From: a virus
Reading direction: 5' to 3' (one strand)
Length of the DNA: 64,000 nt
IMG/VR virus record: IMGVR_UViG_3300019888_000001
Coordinates: 1 to 64,000 of that record
Under the pieces are notes generated by a model that saw only the letters and a list, made by a program, of their open reading frames with translations, had not been told where the DNA came from and ran no database searches. Positions within the stretch are counted from its first letter, which is position 1. Every line of letters starts with the position of its first letter. Shown here piece after piece: positions 42,738 to 52,083 of this stretch. The position numbers and the translations under genes are program-made.

Positions 42738-44149
42738 AGAAAGAATTTAGGACACCACCTCTAACACCAACGGGCGTATATCCTGTAAACGATCTCGACC
42801 GCGCAGCAAGGTTCGTGCAACACCTGAAGGGTGAAGCGCTGTATATCTCGTCTTGGAAACAGTGGGTAATTTGGGATGGCAAGCATTGGGCGCGCGATAT
42901 CACCGGTGGCGAAATCATGCGCCGAGCGATGCAAATACCGAAGATTCTGGAGGCAGAGGCTTCAGTTATCACTGATTCAGGGTTACATAAGAAAGCTATG
43001 ATGGCCGCACTCCTATCCGGTAACGAAGAACGGTTAACGAAGATGGTGAAGCTCGCAAGAAGTTTTCCAGAAGTCGACAAATCGGAGATGGTGTTTGACC
43101 AGAACCCGTGGATCGTTGGAGTCCAGAATGGTGTTATAGAGCTTCAGTCGAAACCATTTTTATTCAGACCTGCAAAACTAGAAGATTATGTATTACGGAA
43201 AATGAATGTTGAGTATGACGCGGTGGCTACCTGCGAGCCTTGGATGGATGCTATTCAATTAAGCCTGCCTAACCCCGCAGTCAGGAACTTTGTGCAGCGC
43301 GCGGTAGGTTACAGTATTACAGGAAGCGTCGCAGAGCAGATATGGTTTTTCATGTATGGGCACGGTCAGAACGGCAAATCTACCTTTATAGAAACGATTT
43401 CCGATATTCTTGGCGAGTATGCCCATAAAGCGCCAGCAAAGTTGTTTCTCCAAAACAAGCATGGCACAACGCCGGAAGGATCGATCGCGCAACTAAATGG
43501 CCGACGATTCGTGGTAGGCAGCGAGATTCCAGAATCTGCTCAATTGGCAGAAGGGCTTATTAAAGACTTAGCGTCCGATGACAAATTAAGTGGGCGCCTA
43601 TTGTATGAAAACGATCGGACCTTCGCGCCGACCCACCACCTGTGGTTAAGTGGAAATGTAAAACCGGTTATCAAGTCTACTGATTTAGGAACTTGGCGCC
43701 GAATTAAGCTTATCCCGTTCGACGTCACCATCCAAAATCGAGATCTGGAGATTAAAAATAAGCTCCGCGCCGTAGCGCCGGGTATACTCAATTGGGTTTT
43801 AGATGGCTGTAGGCAATGGCAAACCTCTGGTATGCAAGCCCCACCAGAAGTGGAAGTAGCTACCACAGGCTACCAAGAAGAAGAAGACCTGGCCGGGCAG
43901 TTCATTTCTGAGGTATGTATCTTAGATGAAGCGGAGCGTATTGCCAAAGGAGACCTTTATGCGGCTTTTAAGGCTTGGGCTATTTTAAATGGCGAAAATG
44001 AACGATATATACCTGGCATCAAGACATTTGGGAAGCGTATGAGCCGCCCTGGAATCCGGGAAATGCTCGATCCAGACCCTAAAAAGCGCACCCGAATGTG
44101 GGCCGGAATCAATCTAGCAGAGCCAGGCCGCTGGCCTAAACTGGCATAA
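42734..44149 (+). CDS. D5/P4-type SF3 helicase
   Basis: D5_N 'W..WDGKHW','NGVIEL'; Walker A GHGQNGKS; 'GTWRRI..IPF'. Confidence 0.9.
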   Translation: MKKEFRTPPLTPTGVYPVNDLDRAARFVQHLKGEALYISSWKQWVIWDGKHWARDITGGEIMRRAMQIPKILEAEASVITDSGLHKKAMMAALLSGNEERLTKMVKLARSFPEVDKSEMVFDQNPWIVGVQNGVIELQSKPFLFRPAKLEDYVLRKMNVEYDAVATCEPWMDAIQLSLPNPAVRNFVQRAVGYSITGSVAEQIWFFMYGHGQNGKSTFIETISDILGEYAHKAPAKLFLQNKHGTTPEGSIAQLNGRRFVVGSEIPESAQLAEGLIKDLASDDKLSGRLLYENDRTFAPTHHLWLSGNVKPVIKSTDLGTWRRIKLIPFDVTIQNRDLEIKNKLRAVAPGILNWVLDGCRQWQTSGMQAPPEVEVATTGYQEEEDLAGQFISEVCILDEAERIAKGDLYAAFKAWAILNGENERYIPGIKTFGKRMSRPGIREMLDPDPKKRTRMWAGINLAEPGRWPKLA

Positions 44150-44160
44150 ACGCCAAAAAC

Positions 44161-44262
44161 TGAACGATCCTGAACGATTTGAACGCATTTTTATAAACCC
44201 CCTTTACACCACCACCCTACACACACTTTTAGATAAGCCCTAATATCGTTCAGGATCGTTCA
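44161..44262. repeat. 18-bp perfect inverted repeat, candidate replication origin
   Basis: TGAACGATCCTGAACGAT (44161-44178) / ATCGTTCAGGATCGTTCA (44245-44262), TGAACG iterated, directly after the helicase. Confidence 0.7.
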
Positions 44263-44287
44263 CAAAGCCTTAAATGTGTAAAGAATT

Positions 44288-45208
44288 ATGACAAAAGAGC
44301 AAAAAGCTTCATATGCTCGGGCCCGGTACGCCGCCAACCCAGAGCGATTACGGGAGATCGGTAGGCTTTCTATGCAGAAGCGGCGCCTTGATCCTAAGAA
44401 GAGAGCGCAAATAAACGCGCAGCACCGAGAGTATCGTAAGCGCCACCCCGAATTGGTGCAGGCGCGACATAGATCTTGGTATCTAAGAGATACGGCCAGA
44501 ATTCTATCGCGGCATCGAGCCTATTATAGAAAAAATCGTGCTCGGTTAATAGCCCAGGGGGTTGTGCGCACGCGCAATCGTCGGCGAGCTGATCATGCCT
44601 TTCGCCTGCGACATGTATTAGCCAAGCGTATCTGGGCGGCTCTGCAACCTGGCATCAAGAAATCTATGCGCACCCGACAATTACTAGGCTGCACGCCTGC
44701 TGAGTTTAAAGCTTGGATTGAAGACCTGTTTCTTCCAGGCATGCGCTGGCAAAACCGTTCGTTATGGCACATTGACCATATCAAGCCTGTTAGCAGTTTC
44801 GATTTAACCACTGAATCAGGACAACGCGCGGCATTTCACTACTCAAACTTCCGCCCACTGTGGGCTCGTGATAACCTGAAAAAAGGCGCAAAACAAACTG
44901 TTGACATGACCGCGAATCAGGTTGATGATAAACACATGGATCAAAAATTTTTGGATGGTGCGGATTACGGTATTAAAAGCTACGCAGAAAAGAACTCGGG
45001 AAACGCCCCTGGTCTGAACAGTCCAGCCGGTGGATCTGCGGATCTCACGAAAGGCTGCAGATTGTCGGGCTGTGGTGGATCGGAACAATCGATTGATAGC
45101 GTGCAGGCGTCTTCGGATGTACTTCGTTTAATCAGTCAAGGTAGCGGTCCTGATTTAGGACCCGAATCAAAACGAATTAACTCTCCCGGCGCAACAGCGA
45201 AAAACTAA
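44288..45208 (+). CDS. HNH endonuclease reading through into a downstream small gene (ATG ~44936)
   Basis: 'WHIDHIKPV..FDLT..NFRPLW..DNLKK'; TTGACA-N17-GATGAT then ATG for MDQKF.. inside the ORF. Confidence 0.75.
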   Translation: MTKEQKASYARARYAANPERLREIGRLSMQKRRLDPKKRAQINAQHREYRKRHPELVQARHRSWYLRDTARILSRHRAYYRKNRARLIAQGVVRTRNRRRADHAFRLRHVLAKRIWAALQPGIKKSMRTRQLLGCTPAEFKAWIEDLFLPGMRWQNRSLWHIDHIKPVSSFDLTTESGQRAAFHYSNFRPLWARDNLKKGAKQTVDMTANQVDDKHMDQKFLDGADYGIKSYAEKNSGNAPGLNSPAGGSADLTKGCRLSGCGGSEQSIDSVQASSDVLRLISQGSGPDLGPESKRINSPGATAKN

Positions 45209-45522
45209 TGGCACAAGAATATATTGAAGGATTTCAAACCGGCGATCCCCGGAAAGCTGCAACTACAGTAGGACCGGGCGAAAGATATCAAGCTCGCGGA
45301 GACACCAGTCCTCCGAGTTCGAATGAAGACGCAGCATTCCACGGTCTTACCCGAGGACAAGAAGGCTCGCCCAGCGGGAACCCATTCGGTATCGGCGACC
45401 CGAACAGCCCCCGCGATGTAATGAAAGTTATGGACACGGGCTCCGGCGTGGAAGAAGGCATCAGTTCGAAACCTGTAGCCACGTTCGGTCGTACCACAGG
45501 TAGATCGTTAGCCGGCGAATAA
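45208..45522 (+). CDS. Gly/Pro-rich hypothetical protein
   Basis: TAATG-coupled ORF. Confidence 0.5.
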   Translation: MAQEYIEGFQTGDPRKAATTVGPGERYQARGDTSPPSSNEDAAFHGLTRGQEGSPSGNPFGIGDPNSPRDVMKVMDTGSGVEEGISSKPVATFGRTTGRSLAGE

Positions 45523-45525
45523 TTG

Positions 45526-45554
45526 TTGACAATTTTAGCGGTTTTTCGTAAAGT
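45526..45554 (+). promoter_or_regulatory. Sigma70-like promoter
   Basis: TTGACA-N17-TAAAGT, near-identical to 32849-32877. Confidence 0.7.
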
Positions 45555-46399
45555 AAAAACACAGATGAGAACATTAAAATATAGTCTTGCAGTGATTATT
45601 ATTTCAGTTGCCGCCGTCATTGCCGGAGTTGGTTTGATAAGCATCTTTGTTATATGGCCCTTCGGTGTCGTTATCCTGCCCGTCGTGGGCTTCGGGTCAG
45701 CTTTGTTGTGGGCGATTCAGTATATAATTAATTACGACTCACGTTTATAAAAATGATTGGAACCTGGAAAATTGAGCCGCGATACTGGCCTGAACTGCTT
45801 GGGAAAGCCCCTGTCCCGGTAGAAACCGATCCGAAAACCGAAACCAAACCCCAGAAGCCTTTGTTCCATGGCCCATTATGGCAGACCACTAAGATGTGCC
45901 TTCAATGCCGAAAAGCCAAAGTTACAGGGAAAGCTAAATTCTGCGCACTCTGCACGAAAGCTCGCAACGCCCGGGCGGCTCGTAAATCGTATAAAAAGCT
46001 TAATCCTCATAAGTTGGTCACAGGCCCCCTTCAGTATGAGGCACTTACAACTGACCAAAATTGAATCCGCTATGTTGACCCTCTAATATGAAGAATAGTA
46101 TATGGAGCGGCATTCAGTAACCTCGACAGGGGGGTCGTCTCCTTGTGAACTGGATCCGATGTATCAAAAGATCCTGCAGTCGTTGAGGTTAGCTACGTTT
46201 GCTGACCAAGAACAATTTCCTAACGCGTATTTGGATAAGCTCGCACGAAACCTTCGAACCGATTTTCAGCACGAATTAGACGCCTGGAAAGCGTTGCTGA
46301 GCGCCGATAATCAGGCCGGCGACACACCTGATCCTTATCCTGATCCTAATATTAAATACACCTTCCATGCTGATATTGGGCTCCTACCTAACGACTAAT

Positions 46400-47404
46400 A
46401 TGAACAAACTAATAACCATAATCCTAACATACCTGGCCATTTCAGTGCAAGCTTCACACGCACTCACAGTCCTCTGGCCTACAGGCGGCGGAGGTACCCA
46501 TGTTGTAACCCTAAACATAGATGGCAACGGGCCTATTATTACTAGTCCTGTTCCAGGCTCGATTTTAACCTCGTCGACGGTTAACTTTTACTGGAAACCG
46601 AAAACCGGTAGTACATTTCCAGCTTATTATGCCGCGGTCGGCGTCCCGTCTAACCTTACGAAATATTTTCAGCAGTTGTTTATTAAAGACCCGTTTACGG
46701 TAAGCGGCCTTCCTACTACTTGTGGGCAAACAATTGTCGTCACAGTCTGCGGTGGTGATCCGGAGTGTACCCAATACACGTATCATACAAAGGCTTGCCC
46801 GACGCCAACACCCACGCCAAAACCTACCCCAACTGCCACACCTACCCCAACTGCCACACCTACCCCAGCTCCGACAGCAACGCCAACTGCGACGCCCGCA
46901 CCTACCCCAGCTCCGACAGCAACGCCAACTGCGACGCCCGCACCTACCCCCGCGACGAACTGCACGTTCACTCAAGGCTATTGGTCTACGCACGGCCCGG
47001 TCGACTGTAATCCTTCGGACGGCACTGATTTGTGGCCAGTGAAGTCTCTCACATTTGGCACAGTAACTTACAGTGAGTCGCAGTTGTGTGCGATTATGAA
47101 TACTCCAGTTATGGGTAATGGATTGATTGATCTAGCTCACCAACTGATTGCTGCCGAGTTAAATATCGCGAACGGTGCAGACCCCTCCGTGATTAGCGCG
47201 ACGATCAGTTTGGCAAACACGATGATCGGAAATCTTGTTATCGGTAGCGCTTCGTTACCCACGAGTCAGACATCGCCGCTGGTGGTCGCGCTTGATGCGT
47301 GGAACACCGGCACGGCTGGGCCTGGCCACTGCCCCACAATCGCCACCACCGAGCCGCTGATGTTCGACACCTGCCCTGTGGTCACACCTACACCAACACC
47401 GTGA
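46400..47404 (+). CDS. Secreted protein with Pro-Thr linker
   Basis: Signal peptide; (PT/PA)n tract ~46797-46955; 'CTFTQGYW..HG..WPV..LAHQLIAA.LNIANGA' domain. Confidence 0.7.
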   Translation: MNKLITIILTYLAISVQASHALTVLWPTGGGGTHVVTLNIDGNGPIITSPVPGSILTSSTVNFYWKPKTGSTFPAYYAAVGVPSNLTKYFQQLFIKDPFTVSGLPTTCGQTIVVTVCGGDPECTQYTYHTKACPTPTPTPKPTPTATPTPTATPTPAPTATPTATPAPTPAPTATPTATPAPTPATNCTFTQGYWSTHGPVDCNPSDGTDLWPVKSLTFGTVTYSESQLCAIMNTPVMGNGLIDLAHQLIAAELNIANGADPSVISATISLANTMIGNLVIGSASLPTSQTSPLVVALDAWNTGTAGPGHCPTIATTEPLMFDTCPVVTPTPTP

Positions 47405-48392
47405 ATGAAACCCTGCAACAAGACAACCTGCCTCCCGAACCACCGGTCGCTTATTTCGTGAAACAATGAAAATGAAAATGAACCAGAAACCCGAAGACCA
47501 GAAAAAACTTACCCAACAACAAGCTGTAATTGAAGTCGCGGCTGTTTTGGGGAAGGCATCACTCCAACTTTACCGTAGTGGTTACAGCGCGCTTGCGATA
47601 GAATGTGAAAGCGCAATTCAAAAATTACGGGATTGCGAAATCCCGCAGAATTTATTTTTGGACCGGAGTTTACAGGAGCGATAATGCTATCCCTAAAAAT
47701 TAGTCTTTTTTTAGAGAAGATTCACCCTTGGCTAAAGCGAAATGAGTGTGTTTGGCTGGCTGGCGTAGTTTTACAATGGCGGCTAAAACTTTGCGTATAC
47801 AATCTTAATCTTATGCTGAAAGAATTACGTGAGCAACCCGCCCAAATAATCCGTTCGAACAACGGGTCCCAACATCAAAGAAGTCCTCTGATATGATAGT
47901 ACCTCAGTCCCATAATGGTTAGCGGTTTCTCGCAATCCAAGAGAAAGATGAGAACAAAAGGTTACTTTTTTGAACCATTTAGCAACGTAATTTGCCGCCC
48001 GCGCATTATTATAAATCGGCGTATGTTCTGTTGCGATGTAAGTTACGATACGAAATTTCATGTTAGCTTTTATAAAATGGAATTTGTTCGCAATTTTAAG
48101 CGCCCGAATGGGGAAATATATACAGGCTGGCAGAAGAAATTATGATATTACCCGATAGCAAAATAATGGTAAGCGGTTTCGCGTATGGCGTTCTAGACGG
48201 CAAGCGAGCAGACGCGGAAACAAAAGCCGAGACTACTCTGCGAATTTTAACCTTCCAAGACAAAGAAAGTGCGATGCAGTTTCAGTTCGCTTTTTCTGTT
48301 GACGAATATGAAAAGTTTCAGGAAGTTATACAAGATAAGAAAATTGTACCTGCGTCAATAATGCCGCCGGTACCAGCGAAAGGACGATCAGT

Positions 48393-48671
48393 ATGAATAA
48401 AATAATCAGTATGATAATGGCAGTAGCAATACTGCTCCCAGTCGGCGCGATGGCCGGCGGACGACACGAAGGCACTCATCATGGCTCACGCGGCGGGGAA
48501 CGCCACGAAGGCGGCGAACGTCATGAAGGTTTTCGCGGTCATTTCCGTGGCGATCGCGGTCATTTCCGACATGGAGGCTTTATAGGCGAAATCATTATTC
48601 TCGATGATGGGTGCTGGACCTGGGATGGATTCCAGTGGGTTGCTTATGTAGACTGCGGCGATCTCGATTAA
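48393..48671 (+). CDS. Small secreted Gly/His/Arg-rich protein
   Basis: Signal peptide, GGERHE/RGHF repeats, Cys-Trp C-terminus. Confidence 0.55.
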   Translation: MNKIISMIMAVAILLPVGAMAGGRHEGTHHGSRGGERHEGGERHEGFRGHFRGDRGHFRHGGFIGEIIILDDGCWTWDGFQWVAYVDCGDLD

Positions 48672-48809
48672 TGTATAAAAAGAAAAAGTATTCGTTGCAT
48701 CTGAAGAAAGCGCATGAAGTGAAAAGTGCGGCGGACGCTCATCTTGCTCTACAGAAACTCTGGGAGCATAATGCTTTGAGCACGCGGCATTCTCGTGTTA
48801 CTATTCAAC

Positions 48810-48890
48810 AGCAGGATGGACAAGTTCGGTTTAAGTCGCCACGCTCATAACGTGGAGAATTCGTGGGTTCAAATCCCACTCCTGCAACCA
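48810..48890 (+). tRNA. tRNA with CAT anticodon (Met/fMet-like or Ile2)
   Basis: Acceptor GCAGGA/TCCTGC, anticodon arm CCACG-CTCATAA-CGTGG, T arm GTGGG-TTCAAAT-CCCAC, encoded CCA. Confidence 0.9.
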
Positions 48891-49441
48891 AATGAAATTT
48901 GACAAGGAAGGATGACGGCTTAGACTTAATTATGAAGACAATAAGATTAGTTGTTGCAACGGTTTTATGTTTGCTTAGCACAACCATGGTGGCATCTGCA
49001 GGCTTGATGAGCTGGATTTACAGCGCTTGCTGGAGTGCCGGATGGTGTGGTGTTAAATGGTAAATAGTTGTATGACACCAGAACAGTTTAAAGTCGTTTT
49101 AATGTTATTGGTTAACATTGAAATGCTGCTAGCTGGGTTACTCCTGGTAGGAATTTTGAAGGGTAGTCCACCTAAAACGCCCTTTAAATGAGGTTTATAA
49201 CCGCTACCACCTACTCATCTTCTAATGGATATCTGGCTGAGCAGGGTCCACTACAGCATAATGTAGTAGGGCGCTGCGGAGTCTGTGGGAGAAATGTTAT
49301 CTCGCCGCAGATATGGGGCGGCTCTGCGCCAGTTTCGGAATGGTGCCAGAATTGTGGACGGACAGCAAAACCTATAGGAATTCAGTTTCCTCCGCTTCGA
49401 GATATGTTTGACAAACCTGAAAAGCCCACTTAAACTACGAC

Positions 49442-49606
49442 ATGATAATCCTAAGTGCAGTCATAGTAGCAGTTATTGGGCTATTGATGTACGCGCTTTG
49501 TACTAACCCTAAACTCCAAGAAATCGGGCGAATCGCATTCTTTTGCGGATTGCTCGCAGCTTTACTTGGTGGCGGGGGAGCAGAGCTAGGCGCGCACATT
49601 CGATAA
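49442..49606 (+). CDS. Small membrane protein (54 aa, not in the ORF track)
   Basis: MIILSAVIVAVIGLLMYALCTNPKLQEIGRIAFFCGLLAALL.. Confidence 0.55.
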   Translation: MIILSAVIVAVIGLLMYALCTNPKLQEIGRIAFFCGLLAALLGGGGAELGAHIR

Positions 49607-49607
49607 C

Positions 49608-49979
49608 ATGGATGAAGTACAAAGAGTAACCGCAGGACCAGGTGCCGATCAACAGCGGCTTTTTCAAGTTTGTTCTAGCGGTGGGATTGACACTACGACT
49701 AGCGGCGCGCAAGCTATTCGAACTACTAATACTGGCCAAACTTTCTATATTACCGATATTTCTATTACTGCTGATTATGCAGGTAATGCCACAAAATTAA
49801 TCCAACTTGAGATTTCTGGCGGGGTTATCGTGTTTGAAGCTTATGTAAGTACGACGGCGCCAATAGATATGCCAGGGCTTGAAACACAGATTCAAGTTCC
49901 AAGTAATAGTGTTCTCGCGATTAAGTGGGGCGCGCAGGCCGGGCACATTGCTTTCTTTATCTCAGGTTACGAAGATTAA
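49608..49979 (+). CDS. Beta-rich hypothetical protein, paralog of 30365-30793
   Basis: See 30365-30793. Confidence 0.6.
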   Translation: MDEVQRVTAGPGADQQRLFQVCSSGGIDTTTSGAQAIRTTNTGQTFYITDISITADYAGNATKLIQLEISGGVIVFEAYVSTTAPIDMPGLETQIQVPSNSVLAIKWGAQAGHIAFFISGYED

Positions 49980-50269
49980 GGTTTTGTAGGTGTAGCGGCA
50001 GCTGCAGGAGTGTTAACCGAAGCGTTGAAATTTGGCGCTACGAGCGGTGGATACTGAATAGCCAGGCGATGTAACTCTCTTTCGAGTTTTGGTACATCTG
50101 CTTCCATTTTTGAAAAAGTTGCAAATAATGTATGAATTGATAGAAGCGCCCATGTGAGTAGGGTGCAAGCAAGACTTCCGAAAATTGTAGTAAGCACGCT
50201 GTTGACGTTTATCTCCAAATCCCAGATCCTAAACAATCCGTGTTGAACTGCGTGTCGATGTCTAGGCAT
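49976..50269 (-). CDS. Single-TM membrane protein
   Basis: Hydrophobic segment followed by a short coiled coil. Confidence 0.5.
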   Translation of the reverse strand: MPRHRHAVQHGLFRIWDLEINVNSVLTTIFGSLACTLLTWALLSIHTLFATFSKMEADVPKLERELHRLAIQYPPLVAPNFNASVNTPAAAATPTKP

Positions 50270-50415
50270 TATAGCCTGCCTAACAAAAATAGAATTAGTA
50301 TAATCACTAAAAGCAATCCTAGGATACCATGCGCGCCGTTACCAAATCCATATCCTCCTGTAGGAAAGGCCCCTACCAGTAATAGAATTATAAGAATGAG
50401 GAGAATGAGACCCAT
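50269..50415 (-). CDS. DUF3309-like small membrane protein, second copy
   Basis: MGLILLILIILLLVGAFPTGGYGFGNGAHGILGLLLVIILILFLLGRL; same length as 31048-31194. Confidence 0.7.
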   Translation of the reverse strand: MGLILLILIILLLVGAFPTGGYGFGNGAHGILGLLLVIILILFLLGRL

Positions 50416-50510
50416 ATAAATAAAGGTCCGTCTTTTCAGAGTTTTGTCAATAAGTTCCTTCCCGCGGTCCTGGTTTCCCAAAATCGCGGAAGGATCTTTA
50501 TCGTGAGCTG

Positions 50511-50813
50511 TTAGCTCGTTGTCGCGCCTGTAGGCCCGGTAGGCCCCGCGGGTAGCAACGCTGTTACGCTTTGAGTCGCGGCTTTTAAGTTCGCGAGTGC
50601 CGTATCGACCGCCGGGGTTGTTCCGCCGGCAGAGGCCAATGCAGCTTCGAGAGCTGTGACCCCAACACCAATTGCAGTTACTTGATCAGCCACTGCTTGA
50701 ATGTCGAGAGCTTCTTGGGATTGCGTTTCCATAATGGTATGCTCCTGGGTTACGAGGCGTTCAAGAAGGTTTTCGATGGCCTTCAAGCGCGACTCTATGT
50801 TTCGTTTCGTCAT
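50511..50813 (-). CDS. Helical hypothetical protein ending GPTGPTG
   Basis: Ala-rich coiled-coil ORF. Confidence 0.55.
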   Translation of the reverse strand: MTKRNIESRLKAIENLLERLVTQEHTIMETQSQEALDIQAVADQVTAIGVGVTALEAALASAGGTTPAVDTALANLKAATQSVTALLPAGPTGPTGATTS

Positions 50814-50966
50814 GTTCTAAGTTAATCGGGATCCGGCGTAAGCGCTAAGCTTTTATTTGTAAATAGTTTTTGTTAGACGTTTGACAATTCTTTCCTAACA
50901 AGACATTTTAGTTCATGGCCGATCAGATTTCTCAACTTCGAGCAAAAGTCTCGCGAACGCTTGAAG

Positions 50967-51539
50967 CTAAGGTGATGGCCCGCGGTCGTTTGGTCCGAGC
51001 GGATCAAGAGTGGGCCCAAGCGGTTCGGGCGCTACAACGAGCGGAGCAGGCTGAAGCGCTGGCTCATGCTGAACGGACTCGGGTTTTGGTTCGGTCTGTG
51101 CTTTAAAAAATTTTTCATGTTTGAGGCCAGTTGAAATATAGTATTCTTTATTTTCCGCTCGTTTTATCCAATTACAGTTTGAGCATAGACATTGAAAGTT
51201 GGCAGGGTTATCGCGTACGTATCTATAGTATGCGTGGCGGCTTGGAAAGGTGGCGCGGTGTTTTCTACCTCCTCCATTTATGTGATCAATTTGAAGTGCA
51301 CGAGTATCTAAAAAGCCGCATCGGGCACATTTATTGCCGAGAATGTTTAGAATTAGCACGCGCAAATTTTTGCGATAACGAGCGTCGTTTAGTCGGTGTT
51401 TTTCTGGATGCGCTTGGTTATAACGTTTATCGCAAGCTTTTTTCTTTGCTGTTTTGTTATATTTTTTGGTTCGGCGGATTTTTGAAGCGCGCCCGTTAGG
51501 AGTGCGGCTCCATATTTGATACTGGTTTCGGGTTTGCAT
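50967..51539 (-). CDS. HNH-type homing endonuclease
   Basis: 'CARCG..LQIDHINGGG..HR..CLCSNCN'; the 3' extension runs antisense into 50915-51106. Confidence 0.8.
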   Translation of the reverse strand: MQTRNQYQIWSRTPNGRASKIRRTKKYNKTAKKKACDKRYNQAHPEKHRLNDARYRKNLRVLILNILGNKCARCGFLDTRALQIDHINGGGRKHRATFPSRHAYYRYVRDNPANFQCLCSNCNWIKRAENKEYYISTGLKHEKFFKAQTEPKPESVQHEPALQPAPLVVAPEPLGPTLDPLGPNDRGPSP

Positions 51540-51764
51540 TTAAGATAAATTATAGTATAAAAGAAAGTTTTCAAGATATTTTGTCATCGTAGTGGCGTTT
51601 GTTTTTTCTGTGGCAATTGCTTGTCCGGTATGCACAAAATTTTTGTGACATCAAAAATTAATTTTTTCTTCGAGTTAAAAACCTTGTAACCTTCACGTAC
51701 ATAAGGGCTTACACCCCACTAGGGGAGGCCATTGCACCAGGGGAACCCTGTCATTCTGAATGAA

Positions 51765-51859
51765 TGAAACAAAATTACATTGAAACAAAATTACATTGAA
51801 ACAAAATCATAGTGTTACCGTGTTACCGTGTTACCGTGTTACCGTGTTACCGTGTTACC
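51765..51859. repeat. Tandem repeats: 16-mer x~3 and 8-mer x6
   Basis: TGAAACAAAATTACAT at 51765, 51781 and a variant at 51797; GTGTTACC x6 at 51812-51859. Confidence 0.95.
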
Positions 51860-51892
51860 TTGCGGCACCGGGCGTAGCGTGGAAGGTTTTCG

Positions 51893-51980
51893 CAATTATG
51901 AGTCGCAGTGTTGCAATTTGTCCTGGATTCCATTGCACCGTTGTCTTGTTGCAGGGTTTCAGGGTTGCGACTCATAATTG
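51893..51980. repeat. 15-bp perfect inverted repeat
   Basis: CAATTATGAGTCGCA (51893-51907) / TGCGACTCATAATTG (51966-51980). Confidence 0.9.
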
Positions 51981-52057
51981 AGATTGCTGAGGACTACCGT
52001 TTATCCAACATCGAGGATAAAAAATAGTTACCTAAGAGAAATAGTGTTGATGAAGTG

Positions 52058-52074
52058 TTGGCACGAGCTTTGCT
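52058..52074 (+). promoter_or_regulatory. Sigma-54 (-24/-12) promoter
   Basis: TTGGCACGAGCTTTGCT matches YTGGCACGRNNNTTGCW with correct GG-N10-GC spacing. Confidence 0.7.
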
Positions 52075-52083
52075 AATGCCCTT

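Noticed and set aside
51765-51859. CRISPR array
   Set aside because: Head-to-tail tandem repeats without spacers; no cas operon
52001-52009. DnaA box
   Set aside because: TTATCCAAC is a single imperfect match; better explained as one arm of a short inverted repeat
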